Shown piece after piece: positions 57,561 to 64,000 of a DNA stretch of 64,000 nt. Source of the stretch: Solirubrobacterales bacterium (GTDB lineage: Bacteria > Actinomycetota > Thermoleophilia > Solirubrobacterales > 70-9). Position 1 is the stretch's first letter, and every line of letters begins with the position of its first letter. The notes beneath the pieces are model-generated. The model saw only the letters and a program-made list of their open reading frames with translations. It was not told the DNA's origin and made no database searches. The DNA is taken from assembly GCA_044865945.1 (NCBI GenBank), contig JBIOTO010000119.1:1544-65543 (forward strand). The letters are read 5' to 3'. A program made the translations under genes and the position numbers.

Positions 57561-57577
57561 AAACAGGTTGTCTGTTT
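57561..57577. promoter_or_regulatory. inverted repeat AAACAG-GTTGT-CTGTTT in the divergent TetR intergenic region
   Basis: Read directly. It lies in an AT-richer stretch between two TetR genes and is a candidate operator. Confidence 0.35.
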
Positions 57578-57648
57578 TTCGGTACCTAAACGGTATCCTT
57601 TTCGAGCCCCCTTTGGCCCCGCGATTCGACTGCGGTACTCTCTCGTTC

Positions 57649-58317
57649 GTGGCTGCTAAGTCAACAACGCGTCCACTTCCGGGACGACAGGCGCTGTCGC
57701 GTGAGTTCATCACCCAGCACCAGCGGGCGCGGATCATCACGGCGCTGGCGGAAGAGACCGCCGAAAAGGGCTACCGGGCAGTGACCGTCGCCGACATCGT
57801 CAAGCGGGCGCGGATCGCTCGCAACACCTTCTACGAAAACTTCAGCTCCAAGGAGAACTGCTTCCTCGCGGCGCAGGAGTACGCGATGTCCGCTGCCTTG
57901 GAGCGGGTCGTCGCCGCCGCCGGCGAGATCGACGACTGGCCCCGCCGGGTCCGCGCCGGGCTCACCGCGTTTCTCGGCTACGTCGCCGAGGAGCCGGCGC
58001 TGGCCCGCACCTGCATGGTCGAGTCGCTGTCAGCCGGATCGGCCTCCGTCAGGTACTACGAGGAGTCGCAGCAGGCGTTCGTTTCGCTCTTCCAACTTGG
58101 ACGCGCTGTCTCGCCCCACGGAGGAGATCTGCCCGAGACCCTGGAGGAGGCCTTGATTGGCGGTGTCTTCTGGATCCTCTACCAGCGCCTGACCGGTCCG
58201 GAGCCCGGCAGGATCGGCGAGTTGCTGCCCGAGCTGACCGAGTTCATCCTCACTCCCTACCTCGGAGCCGACGAAGCTGGCGAGATTGCCGCCAACGGCA
58301 GCGAGCGGGACTTCTAA
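57649..58317 (+). CDS. TetR family transcriptional regulator (paralogue 2)
   Basis: It contains ...LPGRQALSREFITQHQRARIITALAEETAEKGYRAVTVADIVKRARIARNTFYENFSSKENCF. I prefer the GTG at 57649; the track start is the TTG at 57568. Confidence 0.78.
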   Translation: MAAKSTTRPLPGRQALSREFITQHQRARIITALAEETAEKGYRAVTVADIVKRARIARNTFYENFSSKENCFLAAQEYAMSAALERVVAAAGEIDDWPRRVRAGLTAFLGYVAEEPALARTCMVESLSAGSASVRYYEESQQAFVSLFQLGRAVSPHGGDLPETLEEALIGGVFWILYQRLTGPEPGRIGELLPELTEFILTPYLGADEAGEIAANGSERDF

Positions 58318-58330
58318 GGAACCGCGGGCG

Positions 58331-59101
58331 ATGACCGGCGATACAAAAAACTGGCCAGTTGGCCAAAACGGGCTCCACTCGTCTGGATCGGTATCGTCGG
58401 TTCTCTTGAGAGATCCTGCCAACCCGTCCGTTGATTCTCCCGAGTATCCACCCGAGTTGGCCCGGCTTCCCCCGGGGCGACACGGTTTGCCGCGCGAGTT
58501 CGTCGCCCACAACCAGCGAGAGCGCCTGATCGCCGGCCTTGCCGAGGCCGTCGCCGAGAACGGCTACGCGGGGACGACGATCGCTCACATCACCCGGCAC
58601 GCCGCGGTTTCGCGCCGCACCTTCTACGAGCACTTCAACAGCAAGGACGAGTGCTTCACCGCCGCTTACGACACCGTGATGACGGAGCTGCGTGAGCGGG
58701 TCGGACAGGCCTTCGACCAGGAGGACAATTGGCCCGACGCGATTCGGGCCGGGATCGCGGCGATGCTCGAGTTCCTGGCCTCCGAGCCGCACCTGGCCCG
58801 CCTCAGCATGGTCGAGGCGCTGGTCGCGGGCCCGGTCGTAGTAGAGCGCTACGACGAGGCGATCCAGAGCCTGGTCCCCTACTTTCAGGAGGGCCGTGAG
58901 GGCCGCCCACCCGAGGTGCTGGCCGGTCTCTCGCCGACGACCGAGGAGGCCCTCGTCGGCGGCATGGTCTCGCTGATCTCACGCCGGATATTCGCCGACC
59001 GCACCGAGGAGCTGGAGTCGCTGCTCCCGGACCTGGTCGAGTTCACGCTGACCCCATATCTGGGCAGCGCCGAGGCGGCCAAGGTCGCCCGCCAGTCCTG
59101 A
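58331..59101 (+). CDS. TetR family transcriptional regulator (paralogue 3)
   Basis: It contains LPPGRHGLPREFVAHNQRERLIAGLAEAVAENGYAGTTIAHITRHAAVSRRTFYEHFNSKDECF. The start is the ATG at 58331. Confidence 0.8.
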   Translation: MTGDTKNWPVGQNGLHSSGSVSSVLLRDPANPSVDSPEYPPELARLPPGRHGLPREFVAHNQRERLIAGLAEAVAENGYAGTTIAHITRHAAVSRRTFYEHFNSKDECFTAAYDTVMTELRERVGQAFDQEDNWPDAIRAGIAAMLEFLASEPHLARLSMVEALVAGPVVVERYDEAIQSLVPYFQEGREGRPPEVLAGLSPTTEEALVGGMVSLISRRIFADRTEELESLLPDLVEFTLTPYLGSAEAAKVARQS

Positions 59102-59180
59102 GCGCCGCTTTCTCCCGCGCCCGAAGATTAAGAAGTTTGCGGTTGGGCTCAAGCATGCTTGAAATCGGCTAAGCTAGACC

Positions 59181-59194
59181 CGAACATATGTTCG
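59181..59194. promoter_or_regulatory. LexA (SOS) box CGAACATATGTTCG
   Basis: It is a perfect match to the Gram-positive/actinobacterial GAAC-N4-GTTC (TCGAAC-N4-GTTCGA) consensus core, and it ends 2 nt before the imuB-like start codon. Confidence 0.7.
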
Positions 59195-59195
59195 T

Positions 59196-60227
59196 ATGGA
59201 GATCGCCTGCGTCATCAGCAAGGGCCTGGCGACTCCGCCGCGCCCGGATCGTGCCGGGGGGCCTCGGTCCGGGCGCGCCGATCTTCACGACCCGGTCGAG
59301 GTGCTGGAGACGACCGAGGCGATGGCGCGAGCGCTGGAGTCGATCGGCGCCGCCGTCGAGCCGGGAGAGCCGGGGGAGGCGTTCTTCGCGGTCGACGGCC
59401 TGCGTTCCCTCTACGGCGGCTCGTCGCGCGGAGTCCTCGCCGTCGCGCGGCGGGCGGCTGGCGAGCGCTGGACGATCGCCACGGGAAGCTCCCGCTTCGC
59501 CGCCTTCCTCGCCGCCGGCGAGTGGGGGCGGCCGGTTCCGGTCGCGGCGCTGCGCACGCGGCTGGGGGTTCGGGAGCGGCAGGCCGGCGAGCTGATCGAG
59601 GCGCTGGAGCGCCTCGGCATCTCCACCCTGAAGGCGTTCGTCCGCCTCGGCGATGACCAGGTCGCCGATCGCTTCGGCCCGCTCGGCCTGCGCGCCCTGC
59701 GTCTCTGTCGCGGCGAAGAGGAGCCGCTGCGGCCGCGCGTCCCCCACGAGGAGCTCGCCGAGGAGATCGAGTTGCCGGAAGGTACCGCCGGCCGTCAGCT
59801 CGACCGCGCCCTCGAGCTCCTCGTCGACCGGTTGCTGGCGGCCCCGCGGCGCAAGGGGAGGACGCTGCTCGGCCTCCGCCTGGGGGCGCGGCTGGCAAGC
59901 GGCGGCAGCTGGAGCGTCGAGCAGGGTCTGGGGCGGCCGAGCGCTTCGCCGCCGGTTCTGCGCAACGTCCTCACCCCCCGGCTAGAGGAGCTGCCGGGCC
60001 CGGCGACGTCGCTGCGCCTGCGGGCGATCGGGCTCGGTCCCCCCGTCCGTGACCAGCTCGGGCTCTCGGTCGGCGGCAGCGAGCCCCGGCGCCGCCGGCT
60101 CGGCGCGGCGGTGCGCGAGGTGCGCGCCGCGCAGGGGGCGGAGACGTTGTTGAAAATTCTCCCGGTCGACGGGGCCTCGCGGGTGCCCGAGCGCTGGGCG
60201 ATGCTGACCCCCTTTCCGGAACTCTGA
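59196..60227 (+). CDS. imuB: ImuB-like Y-family polymerase homologue (shortened N-terminal region)
   Basis: It contains MEIACV..., ...AFFAVDGLRSLYGG... and ...IATGSSRFAAFLAA... (ImuB/DinB-like palm and thumb segments). It sits directly upstream of dnaE2 and behind an SOS box. Confidence 0.62.
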   Translation: MEIACVISKGLATPPRPDRAGGPRSGRADLHDPVEVLETTEAMARALESIGAAVEPGEPGEAFFAVDGLRSLYGGSSRGVLAVARRAAGERWTIATGSSRFAAFLAAGEWGRPVPVAALRTRLGVRERQAGELIEALERLGISTLKAFVRLGDDQVADRFGPLGLRALRLCRGEEEPLRPRVPHEELAEEIELPEGTAGRQLDRALELLVDRLLAAPRRKGRTLLGLRLGARLASGGSWSVEQGLGRPSASPPVLRNVLTPRLEELPGPATSLRLRAIGLGPPVRDQLGLSVGGSEPRRRRLGAAVREVRAAQGAETLLKILPVDGASRVPERWAMLTPFPEL

Positions 60228-60472
60228 TGCCTGGCCTCCGTCGTCTCTATGCCCCCCAGCGGGTGGCGGTCCGGACCGACCCCGGCGGAGCCCCGCTGAC
60301 GGTCGAGGGGGCCACAGTCGAGAACGTCCGCGAGGAGTGGCTGGTGGAGGACCGCTGGTGGACGCCGAAGCCGTTGCGGCGCCACTACTTCGAGCTAGCC
60401 CTCCGCGACGGGCGCGCCCTCACGGTCTTCCGCACCGCCCGCGCCCAGCGCTGGTACCGGCAGCGGGCCTGA
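60227..60472 (+). CDS. separate ORF corresponding to the usual ImuB C-terminal domain (WW...R.Y motif)
   Basis: EEWLVEDRWWTPKPLRRHYFELALRDGRALTVFRTARAQRWYRQ resembles the C-terminal end of ImuB-type proteins. Its ATG shares one nucleotide with the upstream TGA (TGATG), in the -1 frame. Confidence 0.5.
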   Translation: MPGLRRLYAPQRVAVRTDPGGAPLTVEGATVENVREEWLVEDRWWTPKPLRRHYFELALRDGRALTVFRTARAQRWYRQRA

Positions 60473-60492
60473 GGCTCAGGGGTTGATTGTCG

Positions 60493-63400
60493 ATGTACGT
60501 CGAGCTGCACGCCCACTCCGCCTTCTCCTTCCTCGACGGCGCTTCGGCCCCGATGGAGTTGGCCGCCGCCGCGGCTGCCCAGGGCTATCCCGCCTTCGCC
60601 CTCACCGACCACGACGGCGTCTGGGGCTCGATGGAGTTCGCCCACGCCTGCAAGGGCTTCGGCGTGCGCCCGATCACCGGTGCCGAGCTGACGGTCCGCG
60701 AAGGGGAGCGCCACTTCCACCTGACTCTGCTGGTGGAAGACGAGACCGGCTACCGGAACTTGTGCAGGTTGCTGACTCTGGCTCATGCGCATACGAGGGA
60801 CAACACCGCCCGCACCCAGACCCAGCCGTGGGCGACCTTGGATCAGGTCGAGGAGCACGCCGCGGGCCTTGTCTGTCTCTCGGGATGCGCCCGCGACGGC
60901 ATCGCGGCGGGTGCCTTCGAACGTGGCGACACCGTCACCGGCGAGCGGCTTGCTCGGCGGCTGCTCGGCGCGTTCGGGCGCGACCGCTTCCGGATCGAGC
61001 TGCAGCGGCCCTACTGGCGCCGCGACCGCGCCCGCAACCGCTGGCTGGCGCTGCTCGCCGATCGCCTCGACGTGCCCCGCGTCGCCACCGGCAACGTCCA
61101 CTGCCACGACCGCCGCCGGGCGCCGCTACAGGACGCGCTGGTCGCGATCGGCCTCGGCGAGACGCTGGAGGAGTCCGAGCCGAGCCGCCGCGGCAACTCG
61201 ACCTCGGCCCTGACCTCGCCGGCGGCGATGGCGGCGCGCTTCGCCGAATACCCGGAGGCGGTGGCCGAGACCGAGCGGCTGGCCGAGCGCCTCCGCTTCG
61301 ACCTCACCGAGCAGCTCGGCTACCGCTACCCCGGCGACGACGACGCGGGCGCCGACGCCGAGCTCGCCCGCGTCTGCAACCACCGGCTCGGCGAGCGCTA
61401 CGCCGGCAGCTCCCGCCTGCTCGAAGCGCAGTGGCGGCTGGAGGAGGAGCTGGCGATCATCCGCAAGCTCGGCCTCTCCGGCTTCTTCCTCCTCCACCGG
61501 GACCTGCTCGAGCTGGCGCGCGAGGTGGCGGCCGAGGTGCGCGGGCCGGAGTCGGCCCGCCGCTTCCTGCCGCCCGCCCGAGGCCGGGGATCGAGCGTCA
61601 GCACGATCGTCTGCTTCCTCACCGGCCTGGGGATCGTCGACCCGGTCGAGGCCGACCTCTTCTCGGGCCGCTTCCTCAACGACGAAACGACGACGCTGCC
61701 GGACATCGACCTCGACTTCCCCCGCGACATCCGCGAGGTCCTGATCCCCCGCGTGCACGAGCGCTACGGTGCCGACCGCTCGGCCCTGGTCGCCGCCTTC
61801 CCCACCTACCGCCCGAAGGGCGCGGTCCGCGACCTCGGCAAGGCGCTCGGTCTGCCGGAGGGAGAGATCGACCGGGTGGCGAAGACGGTCGGCTTCCACG
61901 AGACCGCGAAGGAGATCGAGCGCGACCTGGTCGCCGCGCTCGGTGCCGAGCGGGCCAGGGAGCCGCGCTGGCGCGTGCTGCTGGATCTCACCGGCGAGAT
62001 CATGGGCCTGCCGCGCCACTCCTCCCAGCACCCCGGCGGGATGGTGATCTCGACCCGGCCGCTGATCGACGTCTGCCCGGTCGTCCCAGCCGCGATGGCG
62101 GGTCGCCAGACGGTGCAGTGGGACAAGGACTCCTGCGCCGACGCCGGCTTCCTCAAGATCGACCTGCTGGGGCTGGGGATGCTCTCGGCGGTCGAGCGCT
62201 GCGTCGAGGAGATCGGCCGTGCCCGCGGCGAGCAGCTCGACCTCTCGCGGGTACCGCTTCGAGACGAGGAGACCTTCGAATCGATCCGCGCCGCCGAGAC
62301 CACCGGCGTCTTCCAGATCGAGAGCCGGGCCCAGATGCAGATGCTGCCACGCACCCAGCCGCGCGACATCGACGACGTCGTCGTCCAGGTGGCCCTGGTG
62401 CGCCCGGGCCCAATCCAGGGTGGCGCCATCCACCCCTATATAGAGAGGCGCAAGCTGCGCCGCGAGAACCCGAACTACGAGATCCCCTATCCGCACCCGC
62501 TGCTGGAGCCGGTGCTGGAGGAGACGCTGGGGACGATCGTCTTCCAGGAGCAGGTGATCGAGTCGGTGATGGCCCTGGCCGACTTCAGCTCCGCCGAGGC
62601 GGAGGGGCTGCGGCGGGCGATGAGCCGCAGGCGCTCCGAGGAGGCGGTCCGCGAGCACCACCAGCGCTTCCTCGCCGGGGCGGCCGCCAACGGCGTCTCC
62701 GAGGAGACCGCCGAAGGGGTCTGGGGCCAGATCAAGGGCTTCTCCGGCTACGGCTTTCCGAAGGCGCACTCGGCCGCTTTCGGCCTGCTCGCCTACCAGT
62801 CGGCCTGGCTGCGGGTCCACTACGGCCCCGAGTTCCTCTGCTCGTTGCTGAACGAGCAGCCGATGGGCTTCTACCCGCCCGACTCGCTGGTCCACGAGGC
62901 CCAGCGACGGGGGATCCGGGTGGCGCCGCCGGACGTCAACCGCAGCCGCGCGCTCTGCCACGTCGAAACGCCGCGGTCCGAGGGCGGGGTGCGCGGTGGG
63001 TTGGCGGTGCGGATCGGGCTCGGCTACGTGAAGGGCGTGCGCGAAGAGGAGATGGAGGCGCTGGCGGCCGAGCGCGAACGCGCCGGCCCATATAAGGGGA
63101 TCGCCGAACTGGCGTCCCGTTCCGGCGTCGGCCTGCCGAGCCTCGAACGTCTCGCCTGGGCTGGCGCCCTCGATGACGTCCCGGCGGATTCGGAGGAGGA
63201 CCGCCGCCAGGCGCTCTGGCGCGTCGGCGTCACCGGTGCCGGCCGGATCGCCGGCACCGGCACCCAGCTGGCGCTGCCGATGGAGCCGCCGCCCTCGCCC
63301 GAGCTGGAGCCGCTGGGCGAGTGGGGCAGGATGATCGCCGACTACCGGGCGACCGGGATGACGGTCGCCAAGCACCCGCTGAAGCTGCTCCGCCCCGGCC

Positions 63401-63801
63401 TCGCCCCCTGGCTGCTGCGCAGCTCCGACCTCGAGCGCCGCGACCACGGCAGCGCGATCGAGATCGCCGGCATGGTCACCGCCCGCCAGCGCCCGGAGAC
63501 CGCCAATGGCACCACCTTCATGCTGCTCGAGGACGAGCGCGGCTCGGTCAACCTGATCGTGCCGCCCCCGGTCTACGACCGCCACCGGACCCTGGTCCGC
63601 ACCGCGCCGCTGGTCCGCGCCCGCGGCCGGCTCGAGCGCCGCGAAGGCACCGTCAACGTCGTGGTCGCGGACCTGGCGCCGCTGGAGCCGCAACCGGTCG
63701 CCGCCGCGGACCCCCATCCCGAGACCACCCCCGAACACGCCGCCGCCGAGCTCCGGGCGGTCGCCCCCGCCGGCCACGCCTTCGGCCGTCGCGGCCGCTG
63801 A
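60493..63801 (+). CDS. dnaE2: error-prone DNA polymerase DnaE2 (ImuC)
   Basis: It has the PHP domain YVELHAHSAFSFLDGAS, a Pol III alpha core, an OB fold at the C-terminus and a length of about 1100 aa. It is linked to imuB and an SOS box. The alternative start is the TTG at 60487. Confidence 0.92.
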   Translation: MYVELHAHSAFSFLDGASAPMELAAAAAAQGYPAFALTDHDGVWGSMEFAHACKGFGVRPITGAELTVREGERHFHLTLLVEDETGYRNLCRLLTLAHAHTRDNTARTQTQPWATLDQVEEHAAGLVCLSGCARDGIAAGAFERGDTVTGERLARRLLGAFGRDRFRIELQRPYWRRDRARNRWLALLADRLDVPRVATGNVHCHDRRRAPLQDALVAIGLGETLEESEPSRRGNSTSALTSPAAMAARFAEYPEAVAETERLAERLRFDLTEQLGYRYPGDDDAGADAELARVCNHRLGERYAGSSRLLEAQWRLEEELAIIRKLGLSGFFLLHRDLLELAREVAAEVRGPESARRFLPPARGRGSSVSTIVCFLTGLGIVDPVEADLFSGRFLNDETTTLPDIDLDFPRDIREVLIPRVHERYGADRSALVAAFPTYRPKGAVRDLGKALGLPEGEIDRVAKTVGFHETAKEIERDLVAALGAERAREPRWRVLLDLTGEIMGLPRHSSQHPGGMVISTRPLIDVCPVVPAAMAGRQTVQWDKDSCADAGFLKIDLLGLGMLSAVERCVEEIGRARGEQLDLSRVPLRDEETFESIRAAETTGVFQIESRAQMQMLPRTQPRDIDDVVVQVALVRPGPIQGGAIHPYIERRKLRRENPNYEIPYPHPLLEPVLEETLGTIVFQEQVIESVMALADFSSAEAEGLRRAMSRRRSEEAVREHHQRFLAGAAANGVSEETAEGVWGQIKGFSGYGFPKAHSAAFGLLAYQSAWLRVHYGPEFLCSLLNEQPMGFYPPDSLVHEAQRRGIRVAPPDVNRSRALCHVETPRSEGGVRGGLAVRIGLGYVKGVREEEMEALAAERERAGPYKGIAELASRSGVGLPSLERLAWAGALDDVPADSEEDRRQALWRVGVTGAGRIAGTGTQLALPMEPPPSPELEPLGEWGRMIADYRATGMTVAKHPLKLLRPGLAPWLLRSSDLERRDHGSAIEIAGMVTARQRPETANGTTFMLLEDERGSVNLIVPPPVYDRHRTLVRTAPLVRARGRLERREGTVNVVVADLAPLEPQPVAAADPHPETTPEHAAAELRAVAPAGHAFGRRGR

Positions 63802-63821
63802 GGCGTTGCTAGCTTCGACCC

Positions 63822-64000
63822 ATGCGGAGAATCAACATCAAAGCGCCCCAGTTCGAGTACGACGGAGACGATCCCGAGGGCTTCCGCTCCGGTCTCGCCC
63901 GCCTCGGCAAGCTGCTTGGCGGCGCCAAGGAATCCGGGATCAGCGTCTACGAGCTGCCGCCAGGGCAGGCGGTCTGTCCCTACCACTACGAGTGCGGCGA
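63822..64000 (+). CDS. cupin domain protein, N-terminal part (runs off the window end)
   Basis: My own translation gives MRRINIKAPQFEYDGDDPEGFRSGLARLGKLLGGAKESGISVYELPPGQAVCPYHYECG, which fits the typical cupin_2 N-terminal pattern. Confidence 0.5.
   Translation, partial: MRRINIKAPQFEYDGDDPEGFRSGLARLGKLLGGAKESGISVYELPPGQAVCPYHYECG

Noticed and set aside
60207-60216. Programmed -1 ribosomal frameshift joining the two imuB ORFs at CCCCCTTTC
   Set aside because: In the zero frame the run reads ACC CCC TTT CCG. This is not a canonical X XXY YYZ heptamer, because the A-site TTT would re-pair with CTT, and I see no obvious downstream pseudoknot. An indel in the C5 run or a genuine split is more parsimonious. 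It is retained only as something to test.

Overview
High-GC (about 70% by eye) chromosomal replication-origin region of an Actinomycetota-like bacterium. The lineage looks deep-branching (Thermoleophilia/Rubrobacteria-like); this is inferred from gene content, not from a search. Nearly the whole window is coding and most of it is recognisable. From the left: a BFN nuclease fragment, tRNA-Ile, parB-parA, an inverted jag-rsmG pair, and yidC-yidD-rnpA-rpmH. These diverge from dnaA-dnaN-recF-DUF721(dciA)-gyrB-gyrA. Next come a secreted S1 protease pair, an HNH protein and pheA. The actinobacterial cell-wall signalling cluster follows (Ser/Thr kinase, fhaA, fhaB, pstP, rodA, pbpA, PASTA kinase pknB) with ddl coupled to its end. 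A small accessory patch holds an RHH antitoxin with a short ParE-like remnant, a DUF2419/QNG1 queuosine-salvage homologue, a GNAT, an unknown membrane protein, an AT-rich gap and a small RHH-like protein. After that: two lipolytic enzymes, a DesA3-like desaturase with its reductase, a third kinase, and purM-uppP-dedA. A Wzx/Wzy-type polysaccharide cluster occupies 40.4-50.4 kb. The window ends with metF, an MFS sugar porter, a crotonase, three TetR paralogues, and an SOS-box-preceded imuB-like/dnaE2 mutagenesis cassette. No rRNA, CRISPR array, transposase or recognisable defence system was seen. The most unusual signal is a nucleotide-perfect 69-bp hairpin-forming repeat inserted in the same reading phase into two unrelated polysaccharide genes (44850-44918 and 48796-48864). 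Other points worth a second look: a 131-bp element bounded by perfect 16-bp inverted repeats; a split, shortened imuB whose start codon abuts a perfect LexA box; a 427-bp non-coding leader ending in a terminator-like stem; operator-like palindromes; the jag-rsmG inversion; and an E. coli-type insertion in GyrB. All coordinates, alignments and counts were made by hand, and no database search was run.
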